Assembly (NCBI GenBank): GCA_029953675.1
Contig: JAMWBK010000008.1
Span: forward strand, 868,001-932,000
From: Rhodosorus marinus CCMP1338
Lineage: Eukaryota > Plantae > Rhodophyta
DNA: 64,000 nt
Direction: 5' to 3'
The notes beneath the pieces are model-generated. The model worked only from the letters and a program-made list of their open reading frames with translations, ran no database searches and was not told where the DNA came from. Made by a program: the position numbers and the translations under genes. Shown one piece after another: positions 1 to 11,047 of this stretch (the stretch's first letter is position 1; each line of letters begins with the position of its first letter).

Positions 1-6
1 GATTCG

Positions 7-1836
7 ATGGCGCCGAGTGGGGATGGGAAGGATGGTGAGAAAGATCGAGGGAGGAAGGATCGGGAACGTGAGAGGAGTTATCGGGACCGGGATAGGGACC
101 GACGAAGGGATTCTCGTGAAAGGGACCGGGACCGAGAGCGCATAAGGGATAAGGATAGATACCGGGATCGTAATAGACACCGGGACTATGATCACGACTA
201 TGATAGGAGACGGAAGGATCGGGATCGAAGGCGTGACAGGTCACGGTCTCGTTCTCCCAGACGAAGAAGACGAAGGTCTAGATCTGCATCCTATTCTAGG
301 TCTCGCTCGCGGGATAGATACAGGCACAGACGATATAGGGATCGACGGTCGAGGAGCCCTAGTAGGGGTGGAAAGAGGAGACGAAGTAGGAGTAAGGGGA
401 GAAGCCCGGATAGGTACCGAAGATCTCGGGATGAGAGGAGGGGTTCGCCCGGCGGAGGTGCTGACTTTGATCCGTCGAAGCAGTTCCGCGACGAGGAAGA
501 GGAAAAACGGCTCGCTGCGGAAAAAGAAGTTGCGGAAATGGAAAGAGACTTGAGGACAATATTCATTTGGCAACTTTCACAAAAAGTAAGAGAACGGGAC
601 GTGTTTGATTTGTTCAGTAAGGCGGGAAAAGTTCGTGATGTGCGCCTTATTATTGACAGAAGGACTGGGCGTCATAAGGGCGCTGGTTATGTTGAGTTCT
701 ACTACAAGGAGGCTATTCCAAAGGCCATGGAACTCAACGGACAGGCGATACGCGGCTTTCCAGTTGCAGTCAAGCCATCCGAAGCAGAGAAAAATATAGC
801 GGCGGAGATGGCAGCGAAGGACGCAGCTGCAGTTGGCGCAGCCGCGTCGGCAACAGCAACAGCAACAGCAACTGCGGATGCCAAGGAACTTAACCAGGCC
901 GATCTTGCAACGGTTGCTAGCATGGCGAAACCTACACCTGGTGCCCAAGGATTCACCAAGCTGTACGTGGGGTCCGTGCACTTTTCAGTTTCAGAAGATG
1001 ACCTCCGCACCATTTTCTCGCCTTACGGAGATCTAGCTTCTCTTCAGCTTCATCGAGATGCGGATACTGGAAGGTCCAAAGGATTCGGATTTATTCAATA
1101 TTCTAAGCATGAGTCAGCGCAGAAGGCGTTGGAGCAATTGAACGGCTTGGAGCTGGCTGGGCGCGCTCTGAGAGTTGGCCTCGCATCAACGGAAGCTCTC
1201 CGGCTTGGAACGACAGCTGCGGCAATGAGCGGTGGACAATTGAACCCTACCACGGGCGAGCAACCAGGAGAAGGTGCCACCGCTGGTAGTGTGCCCACGG
1301 TCCTGACCACCGCTGATCGTGATGGTCTGAACGAGCTCGATGATGGTCAAGACCGCGGATTGGCGTTGACTGCAAATCAGAGAGCGCAACTGATGCAAAA
1401 GCTCTCCCGAGGAGAAGAGATTGCACCTAGCGCTCCTGCGGCTGCTGACGCGGCTGCGCAAGGAGCTGCGATAACGGCTCCGGGGATGGTAGCGACTCTA
1501 CCTGGATACAACCCGCCTCTAACAGTTTCTCGAGCACCGTCTCGATGTCTCATGCTTCGAAACATGTTTGATCCTCAGGAGGAGACGGAGCCGGATTTCC
1601 ACATGCAAGTTGCCGAGGATGTCAGAGATGAGTGTTTGGAGAAATTCGGACCCTTGAAGCACTTGATCGTTGACAAGAACAGCGCTGGCATCGTCTATCT
1701 AAAGTTTGATCAGCTTCCACATGCAGTTGCTGCAAAGGCGAGCTTGAGCGGGCGGTTTTTTGCGGGTAAGCAGGTGATCGCCGAGTTCATCGCTGAGCCC
1801 ATTTATCAGCAACGCTTTGCCGACGTTCAGGACTAG
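7..1836 (+). CDS. RBM39: RBM39/RBM23 (CAPER/CC1-like) splicing factor, intronless
   Basis: N-terminal RD/RS dipeptide region. RRM1 (RTIFIWQL...KGAGYVEF) and RRM2 (KLYVGSV...SKGFGFIQY). The linker LNELDDGQDRGLALTANQRAQLMQKL and the C-terminal UHM-type RRM (CLMLRNMFDP...GRFFAGK) match the RBM39 architecture. Confidence 0.93.
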   Translation: MAPSGDGKDGEKDRGRKDRERERSYRDRDRDRRRDSRERDRDRERIRDKDRYRDRNRHRDYDHDYDRRRKDRDRRRDRSRSRSPRRRRRRSRSASYSRSRSRDRYRHRRYRDRRSRSPSRGGKRRRSRSKGRSPDRYRRSRDERRGSPGGGADFDPSKQFRDEEEEKRLAAEKEVAEMERDLRTIFIWQLSQKVRERDVFDLFSKAGKVRDVRLIIDRRTGRHKGAGYVEFYYKEAIPKAMELNGQAIRGFPVAVKPSEAEKNIAAEMAAKDAAAVGAAASATATATATADAKELNQADLATVASMAKPTPGAQGFTKLYVGSVHFSVSEDDLRTIFSPYGDLASLQLHRDADTGRSKGFGFIQYSKHESAQKALEQLNGLELAGRALRVGLASTEALRLGTTAAAMSGGQLNPTTGEQPGEGATAGSVPTVLTTADRDGLNELDDGQDRGLALTANQRAQLMQKLSRGEEIAPSAPAAADAAAQGAAITAPGMVATLPGYNPPLTVSRAPSRCLMLRNMFDPQEETEPDFHMQVAEDVRDECLEKFGPLKHLIVDKNSAGIVYLKFDQLPHAVAAKASLSGRFFAGKQVIAEFIAEPIYQQRFADVQD

Positions 1837-4800
1837 ATAAACGTAGGTACCGTGGTTATGGAGGTGCACACTTGGCTTGTGCGCGGGAGATGCACAACGT
1901 ATGTAAAACGAAGACTATTTTCTCTTGTCAAGTATTTTCCGCTCTTGTTTCCAGGGTCCTTGAAACCGCTCGTTTGCCGCAGGATTGTGAGTCCCCTGTT
2001 AGGACAATCCGAATTCGATAAGTTGTCATATTTGTGGCCCAAAACCTCTTGCTTGTGAAATTTGTTTTCGCAAAACTGTCCGGACGCATTCCAATGTGCA
2101 GGTTCTCCGTCGATCCGTTCAGACTGTACAAACCCAGGAAAAACAACGCCCCGAGAAACTTGATCTTCATGAGCATCCTCCTCTGATAGCCCTGGTGAGG
2201 TTTCAAATAGGGGAAAAACTTAAGCTATCAAACTCCGTGAATCACCCGTATTGGAAACCCTCTGAAGCGATTATGAGTCGCTGCCGGTCCCTTTGGATTT
2301 TTTCCCCACGCTGGTAAATTGTCTGGAATGACCCCCGGGCCTCTGTGCTTTCCATGGTAGGATAGAATTGTGTTCCTGAAAGCCGATTCGAGCATAACCG
2401 AGGACTCCAATGGATGACGATCGGGCCTAGCGACGGCCTAGTATTGCTGGTAGAGGGATGCTTAGTTCATTCGTGGCGGACCTCTTCTTGCATGATGAAT
2501 TGTTAGCCAGGGAAACGACCCAGGCAACGCGAATGCGCTTTGGGGGGTTCTGTGCTTCTGATTCTTCGTGCGAGTGAGGCTGACCACCAAAACAGAAACG
2601 GCTTCCTGAGTGCAAACAGTCAAGAGCAAAAGTCTCAACTCGAGGATAGAAGACGCCAAATCTGATATCGGGAAACACACGGGTAAGCCCTGCGGATACG
2701 TTTCAAAAGGTAAGCACGAAGGCCGTGTCGGATATGCTGAGGTGAGACGTACACAAAACTAATGGGTTGCATATGAAGGGCATCACGCAGTGAGCTCGCT
2801 CAGCAACACCGTCTGTATGGCAACCATGCGTACTTATCATTCCGTTTGATGGGCGAGCAGCCATATAATATCATCATCTCGTCGTAATTGCAAGACTAGG
2901 ATGTGAGTCGCCCGTTTAGGGAGCAACCCTCAAAAGCATATTGAGAATATTTGCATATGCGCTCTATCCGTTTGAGAAGCGCAAGCTTCTCGTACAAGTT
3001 AGGAGATGTCCGTTGCCCACTACTGAAACATCCCAGCATGGCGTTGACAGTCAGGTGTCTTCTCCTTTGATCACGTGGGCAGACGGGAAACGCTTACAGA
3101 AGGTCGTACGAACAAACCTGTTCATGGAAACTGGTCTAACAGGACTCTGCGATCGTCGAGTCATGACAAGAGAACGCAGGTTGGCCTGGCCGACGACGTT
3201 CCATCAACCCATCGTTGCAAAGGATTCTGACAATCAGTCGATCAAGGGACTGCAAAACGAAAAACTGCCTGTGAACTTCCTAGGCTCGACTAGAATACCC
3301 TCCTGGCGGAATCCAAATATGATACCCGAAACGGATAAGTGCGCACACCCCTGCAAGCTAAAACCCTGCTTCGCCGTGGAGTGGAACCTTGTCTTTGTTC
3401 CTGTCGGAACACACCAGTACCAAGTCGTAATTGCGTTGGACTGGCCTTTTGAGCCAACTGTGAGGATGCCACGAGACCTGACACCAACTAGTCCGATCTT
3501 TCACACGTTTCACAATCACAATTTATACATCAAACCCGCTCCTAGATCAGTTGGCGCCGCCAATTTCGGCTTCGGCACAACACGGATCACGCCAATCATA
3601 CACGAAAGGAATCAGTGAGCTGAATACAGCAAGCAAATGCCCTCTCTCCGTCAAACATAGAGCACGAGGTTGCTAACTACTGGCTCCTTTTCTGGCGAAG
3701 AGTCATCAACCTGGCTAGGCCATTTGATCAATAATTGTTGACTTGGATGTACTCGTTTTATAGCTCTTCGAAGGACGCGGGTCATAGAGGGATCATGCCT
3801 AGAGTCAAGCGTCCTAAAATCCGCAAAAAAGCAAAGGAACCAGTGAAAGATCAATGTCGTATCACAATTTACAACAAAACGAGAAAGCAAGACCAAGTTC
3901 AGCATGTACTATGAAACCCCCCCTTAGGTGTACATATTCAAGGACCCGAGCGCAAAAGTAAAGATTCGTACCCAGGGGTATTCCATATAAAACGAGACAA
4001 AACCATGTATATATTTTTTGAACTACAACATATGTACAACCTGATGAGTATCTAAAGGGGAAAATAAAACATGGATAGGGAAAAACTGAGGTACTTACCT
4101 AGCCCCTACGAAAACATAATCACGTTTCTTCAAACATTCAGTATTTAGTTTGAAGCGCCAGGATATTTCCAGCTGTTTTTAGAAAAGAAAAAAAAGACAA
4201 ATCAACTTTTTTTAGAAAAATATAATTTGGGCTTGGCAGTGTCCATTTGAAATGGACGGATAACGCCTTCCCTCCCCCCTAATAGTGATTGGCACAACCT
4301 ACAAAGAACTTAATTTTCTACCTTTTTTTATACGAACTTTTACGCCACATAGATAAAATTATTTTCACAAAGCGCAACCACCAGGTTTCAATAGTCGAGA
4401 GCTGCTAAAAAAAAAAAACCACGCAAATTTCCCCGATGGCTAAGTTTTCATTTTTTGTTTGTTTTTGAGGGGTATTTCTTTTTGCTTTCCGTTCCTAGGA
4501 AATTTTTTTTTTTTTGGTTGGGAAGGGAAATCCTTCGTGTGCGTTCAGAATCGAGCGGACCAAAAGCAAGTCCTTGCGCGACTTTGATTTTGGCCTCGTC
4601 AACTTGGTTTGTCGAACGAACCTCGATTGTGACCTTTTTTCTTCCTCTAAACTATGTAGAACACTTCTCCTCAGAAAACAGTTCTATTTCACCAACCAAA
4701 TTACAGTATGATTTTATTTATCGATAAAAACATGGAAAATGTTTACTTGTGGATGCCAACCCTTGTCCAAGTTCCACATTGCTTTGAATATTATACACTA

Positions 4801-6394
4801 TTCATTAAATTTATTGCATCTACGATCAAAGTCCCCCTTCCTTCCCCTTCGGAGACGGATCCGCCACCAGACCCAGTCCTTGCCAATTTAAACCTCCCTA
4901 TAGAATGACTGCAGATCCTTGATAAAACTTCAAATATACATACATAATCAATCCGTGCGTTTCGGAAGGACAAGAAACACAGAACCCTCTACCCCTCCCC
5001 AACTTTCGTCAGTTTCGATTCCGGAAACCAGAAAAGCAACATTTTATTTCTTTCTGAATGGTTTTTACACACCACCCAAATCATCATTGGGCGACCGGGT
5101 GCTGATATTGACAACGGGAGCGGGGTAGGTAGGGAGGGGAAGCTGGGCAAACCGAAACAAAAGATTGGCAAGGAATGAGCTCTCAGAAAGTTCAGAAAAA
5201 CCAGAAACGTACGTTCCTCTCTAATATCCACCACGACGATTTTTTTTTTGCATTGAAACGCCTTGGAATCCGTGCTCTAAGTTTCCCCCTCCCTCGTGTG
5301 CATGTTTTCCCTTGTTTCTGCGGAGAAAATCACCGACCACTCAAATTTTTATTTCGGGAAAGAAAAATCAAATACACCCAACCCCACCGTGCAATCAGTT
5401 CTGATTAATGGCCCGGTATGCCACTACCCTAAAAGAAAACCGTGTTTTTCACTAAACTATTCATCTAAAAATTGGATCCGGAAATGGATACAATTGTTTC
5501 ATTTTTTTTTCATTTCGTGGGTTCTTTCTCCGCAAATGAGCCCAGCTGAAATGAACAAAAAAAAACGCTCAGCTGCGTTGTTTTTTTTTCCTTCATTTCT
5601 TCTTTTTTTCGCCATTCTGTGAACAAGCTAGTGATTGGATGATCTGGTTTGATATCATTGGATAAGAACTAGCCATTCAGCGCTCTAGGTGCCACGGATA
5701 TTGATGTTTTTGTTCGTGTTTCACATCAAATCATGACGAAAGAAATCCAATGATTTGATACGTTAAATTTGGTTATCCAATGAATAGCTTGAAATTCCAA
5801 GGGTAGTCTCTCCCAATTTTCTTTCAGCCATATCATATGCGACTTCAGGGGGGTACATGGTTGGTGTTTATGGTCGTGAACAGAAAGGAAAACTGCGTTT
5901 CTGTAAATGTAACGCGTAAATGGAGAAGTTCGGCACCGATTTTGGGTACAATTAGTAGGGAGGTGTAATTCTACTCTGATAGAGTGGAGGTTCGGAAGGG
6001 TATGGAAGAAAAAAAATTTGTGTATGAGCTGGTTTGAAAAGGAAGGGGGGATGGACTACTTACAATACCGACCGAGTGCCATTTTCTATTATAAATTTGT
6101 ATTGATTTAGAGAGTATTCGGATTGAAAACGCAAGAAGTTGACAGTGTTGGGGTAGGGGTGATAGAAGTCTGTTTTACTTTGGGAGTTATGGATAATCGA
6201 TTTTGAGTAAAAGGTCTCTGAAAATGGGTTTCTGGAGGAGTTTGAGTGCGTTTTTGGAATCATTTACTTCGGCCTGGAATGGGGTATATAGGGTGGTTGA
6301 CCTGGTCTTTCGCTTCTGAGAGCTAGCGGGGAGGCAGAAGAGTCTGGGGAATTGAGGGGAGGACAAAGTAGGTAGGAGATCTGTAATTTGAACG

Positions 6395-7165
6395 ATGAAC
6401 TGTGCTGTGATGTCACCGGTGTCCACGACGACGCGATCACCTGAATGGTCCGAGAATGACCATGTAACGATCTGGAACAGGGTAGAGAAGAGAAAGGTTG
6501 CAGGGAACGCCGCGCCCCTGCGTAGGAATCTGCAGAAGTATTTGGAAAAGCACCCAGAGTGTGAGGTTTACACCACCCAGAACGACGGGAACATTAAGAA
6601 CAGGAAGAGGAGAAAGAGCACATTGTCAGCTTCCAACGAGACCGTTGCATCCGTGGAGTCCAGCGTCCACGTCCCTATTTGGAACATTAAGGAAAAGAGA
6701 AAGATAGCGGGAAACGCAGCACCGCTGGCGAAGAATCTCACGTCGTATTTAGCGAGTCACCTTGATGCGGAAGTGTATGATGGTCAGGACATGAGAAAAG
6801 GGAAGGTCCCTAGGAAGATGGCAGTCGTTGAGGAAGTAGCATTCACTGGAGCGATGTGAGTATTCGTTTAGCACCCTTTCTCTTTACTAGTTGCGAGTAT
6901 ATCGTGTGCTGACTGAACTTTGGCTCTTCCCATGTGCAGGACTGACTCGAATCCGGAAAACAGAATACCCATTGATCCTTGGCTGTCAGAATCAGTGACG
7001 AGTGAGGAGATCCTTTCCGATGACGACCACTGGGAAGCGATTCATAACAACTTTAACAACTGGGGCGCAGAGAGGAACGCAGACTTTGGAATTGACATGT
7101 CGCTGTGCTTCACTTCTTTGCAACCTTTGGAGCCGCCGGAGTTTGATGCTTCCGTTTATTTATAG
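6395..7165 (+). CDS. Protein with two tandem BRK-like repeats and an acidic tail; join(6395..6855,6940..7165)
   Basis: HVTIWNRVEKRKVAGNAAPLRRNLQKYLEKHPECEVY and HVPIWNIKEKRKIAGNAAPLAKNLTSYLASHLDAEVY resemble the BRK motif (V.V.N..TG..L.G..AP....L..WL..HP.YEV). Intron GTGAGT(6856)...GCTGAC...TGCAG(6939) joins the 6395 and 6920 ORFs in frame. Confidence 0.75.
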
Positions 7166-8859
7166 ATCCACCGCTCTATTGTACACTGTTATTTTTGTTT
7201 GAAGGTTTGACCCGGGCGGGTCTCGATCCTTGATGAACTGTTCACTATGGGATACCACTCCCCCATATCGTGAGGGGAATGGATCCTGACTTTGGATATC
7301 CATAAACTGATGACTACGGAAACAAACGGACCCTGCAATCAGGTTTCCTCCCAATTATCATCAGAAACCTAACAGAATAACGGGTGTAACGTCCCTTATA
7401 GATCCAGCAGAGAGTACGACGCAATCGCGCGGCTTCCAAAGCCATCACGACCTACTGAGAGGACATTCGACCTCTCTCACGCACTCAAACCGTTCACCCA
7501 AGAGCCAATTCCAACCCCGGAAATGATTAGATTTTTTTCTGTCCGAAAATCCAATGACATTGCGCCAAGCACTATTTCTCTAAAATATTTATATAAAATA
7601 ATGAACAGCTCAGGAAAAGATTGTTCCTACCCGACCCCTTAGAAGGCGGTTTCTAAAAAGTTAAAATCACTACATTTATCAAGCTCTTTACGCGGCAAAG
7701 ATGCGTTGCTACCAGGGGTTGGACGCAGTTACCTTTTGTTTAGTTATAATACTAACTCAGCCTATGTCATAAAAGTAGTTGTTATTCACCATTTCTACTA
7801 TATGTTCTCTGCGTTTATTGGAGAAGCACCAACTAGGTTAATATTATATTGTGAATATAATTGTTAGGACTGATATAGAGTTGTGGACACCTGTCGTTTT
7901 ACTGTATTTTTGAAAAAAAACAATTTCCCCAACGGAATTTTGGGTAAAAAATATGTGCGGGTGTTTTTTTGTAGTAAAAAGAGGGGGTGGAAAGATTGGT
8001 GTGGAAACCTCCCGTGATATTGCCAGTTGGCAAGGATCTATTGGTACTCCAGTCAACTGACGTTGGTCACTGGATTTTCTGTTCCTCTCCCCAAATGCTT
8101 ACGATGGAGCGGACGGTTTGCCGTAAGCGGTCCCGCGAGTGTCGGAAATTTCCTTCGATTGCTGGCCGGACGCAACGGGTTGGGGAAACAGATGTGGTTG
8201 AAGCGAAGCGGTCGTTTCCGCCGCCAACCCTATCAAGAACAGCTCTGATCCGATCAGCTCCGCGGACCAACCCACTCGTGGTTGTGGTGTGCTGATTCTG
8301 ATGAGCAATGGTGTTACGTAGAATTTTGAAAGGGTCATGCCTTCCATCACCTTCTCGTTCACGCAGGTTTAAACCAGCATTTGGGCATCATGCACGCTAC
8401 CAATTTGAGCTTATGTCCTTCCACCTTCGAAGCGAGCATTCGCGAGGTCTTCAGGAGGTACTCTAAAACACACTATTCTTCCAGCGTGTGGATGAAGAGG
8501 TTCGAAAAAGAGTGGGCATTACGATACCCACAAACTCCAGCTTGCAATCAGTGAGTTTCTTGAGACAGTTTGCGTTTTAATTGTACCAAGTATGATTTCT
8601 TGCCAGAGACGCTATACACAAATAGTCAAGATCAATACACGCTCGAGAAGCCTTATGTTCACTGTTGTTCTTGTCGTAGGCTAGACGTCCGCACTCGGAT
8701 ATCTACCATCTATCATCAATTTACATAAATTACCCACATGCACAGAGATGTTGATCCTGGAAAAAGCAAGTTCGGGATACCCTCACCCACAACCACAGAC
8801 CTGATTGGTTTGTGCAGGAGGAGCAGCAAAATTTCCTTTTGGAACAAGGCGAAGCAGAA

Positions 8860-9675
8860 TCAATGGATAGGCCCAAGCCCCTTCTGTCGTGTTCCACGGG
8901 CTGTGGCACACGGCGTGTCCCGGAATTCAGCATCAACATGACCAGCAGCAGTCACCCCCTCTCTCCCAGGATGGAAATCGGTGAAAGTGCGACTGACAAG
9001 CTTTGCAATCCTCCGACGGGAACCTTTGATAATCCCGGGATGGAGATCGGTAAAAGTATCACTCACAAGCTCTGCAACACTCCGACTGGAACGATCGGGA
9101 ATGCCTCGACCAGGTTCATTACCCTCTCCCTGCAACTCCGACACCGGTAGGAAGTCTGAGTCCACTTCCTTGCATCCTGACTCGTTAACGGAAAAGGAAC
9201 ACCATTTGCTCTTGACCTCTTTTTCATTCTCCGATTTTTCCCAATCGCCACCTGCATAGGACGATTCCTCCGTTGGAGTCAGGGGTGTAAACAAGAACTT
9301 CCCAGTGACTTCCTCAGGGGGGTTGTCCAGCACATAGTATTCCTCCTCAAGAACACTCGCTGAGTCCTCCATGTAGTACGAGGTATCACTGGAAGTGGAT
9401 TGACCATTCGCTGCATGCGCCTCAGGATATGCCATGGACCACAGCTCTTTAGCCGTCGCTTGCATGTTCTCCTCGTGAACGTATTCCACAGCTTCGGAAA
9501 ATTCTCTGCCATTCCCCAGCTGTTGCGTCTTGATACCCATATTCTCCAACATCTGCATTGGGTTCCCATTCTCTGAATCCACCGCCTCCAACCGTCCAAC
9601 AAGATTCCCTTTGCTCTTTGGACCATCGCCCCTGGCCCTCCCCAAAAGAAATCCTCCAACCCCCATGCTGAGCAA
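8860..9675 (-). CDS. Hypothetical acidic protein (orphan)
   Basis: 271-aa ORF with coding-like acidic composition. It is preceded by the sense-strand G/T-rich block (9670-10500) seen upstream of other genes. No recognisable domain, and the C-terminus is uncertain. Confidence 0.5.
   Translation of the reverse strand: MLSMGVGGFLLGRARGDGPKSKGNLVGRLEAVDSENGNPMQMLENMGIKTQQLGNGREFSEAVEYVHEENMQATAKELWSMAYPEAHAANGQSTSSDTSYYMEDSASVLEEEYYVLDNPPEEVTGKFLFTPLTPTEESSYAGGDWEKSENEKEVKSKWCSFSVNESGCKEVDSDFLPVSELQGEGNEPGRGIPDRSSRSVAELVSDTFTDLHPGIIKGSRRRIAKLVSRTFTDFHPGREGVTAAGHVDAEFRDTPCATARGTRQKGLGPIH
8966..9108. repeat. Two-copy 69-bp diverged tandem repeat (23 codons)
   Basis: atggaaatcggtgaaagt... at 8971 and atggagatcggtaaaagt... 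at 9040. Confidence 0.85.
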
Positions 9676-10992
9676 TCCGTCTCCAAAGTCCTCCTACCAC
9701 CCGACGCTACTCAAAACCCCAACCCACGGCCAATGACGCACATCCCCTCGCTTGTCAAGCATCAGCTAAGATATACCTTCCCAACAAAACGCACCTTTGA
9801 AAAAGGTCCACTAAAACATTGCGGACGAAGAACCAACACAGCAGTCAAGTCTACCGCTTCAACCCCACTCGCCCGCCACGTCAGGAGAAATAGCACGAAG
9901 AAACCACCAACCCCCCACCGGCCCCCACCGTTCCCACTCTTAAGCTACTAATAATAGGCACCCCCGAAACCTACGTTGCTCTCAACCATCAACCAAAACA
10001 CCACAAAAAAACAAAAAAAGGGAGGCCGCACACATGCAATAGCCGCTCCTGATTCACAAAGTCGCCCACTCCTTCCTTCCCCTCAAAGCACAACGGACAG
10101 CCAAAACAAAAAAAAACAGAAACACCAACTAAAAACAAAACCACCAAACTACCCTAACCTTAAGCCAACACGTCCCAATCCTCAACACGCATCAGGCCAA
10201 GTCTTGAATACTCCCTATACATATATAAAAGGTCAAGAGAGAAAGTCATGTTTTAAAAAAGCAATCAAACCTGTTCAACTTTTCTTCCCCCATCTCTTCT
10301 CCCAACCCCCCCCCCCAAACCCGCACCCCCGACCCACCTCCTTCCTCCCTCTCCGTCCTCAACCCCAGCAACCCCCGAAAAAAATCCCAATTATGGAAAG
10401 ACCTAACCCATTCCAACAACAAATTTTAAAAAAATCCCCAGCGCTCTTCCTCAAACAAAAAACCAATTTAATCCGATTCTCAAAAAATCTGGTTTAAATA
10501 TATGAAAAAAGTGAAGGTCACGCGCCCCCCTTCTCTTTCCATCTCCTGACAGTTAAGAGAATCTAAAATTGCATTTAAAATTTTCCGTTACTACGTATAA
10601 ATTGCTCTATTCTTGTCCCGAGTATTTTGTATCTTCGTTTAAGGGGTAGGGTACACTCTCTTATTTGGTTATTGAGGATGTGTGAACGTTGTTTTTATTA
10701 TAAAAAGAGTGAGGTTTGGTGACATCCTCGGTACCCTGCTTCCTACCCAGCCGTAAGGGAGGGGAGGAGTGAGGATTTAAAATATTTTGGAAAATATTTA
10801 GATCATGATAATGTACGGAGGGACGTGCGGACTGGAGAAATATAAAAGAGAGCTGGTTTTGTATGTTAATATCTGTATTTTGAGGAATTGATGATTTAGC
10901 TACCCCTTGTAGAAAAGTGGAGGAATTGCCTCTGTAATCAAATCGTAGCCAATGGATTTATGTAAATTTTGAAACTGGGCGATGGCGAGGCT

Positions 10993-11047
10993 GACCAAAC
11001 AGACGGCTTTCAGTGCAAGACTTGTACTGAAAGCCGTCTGTTTGGTC
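10993..11047. repeat. Perfect 22-bp inverted repeat (hairpin)
   Basis: gaccaaacagacggctttcagt / actgaaagccgtctgtttggtc, with further internal caag/cttg pairing. Confidence 0.95.

Noticed and set aside
2941-3618. 225-aa plus-strand ORF as a gene
   Set aside because: Non-ATG start, no recognisable motif and no coding-like composition. Left unassigned.
8812-9150. Claim that the plus strand is the true coding strand of the 69-bp repeat
   Set aside because: Synonymous changes occur in both antiparallel frames (5 versus 3), which is not decisive.
9976-10497. Long K/P/Q/N-rich ORFs in skewed blocks (also 12505-12876, 20487-21016, 24624-25121, 62998-63390)
   Set aside because: By-products of C/A-rich low-complexity sequence that lacks stop codons.
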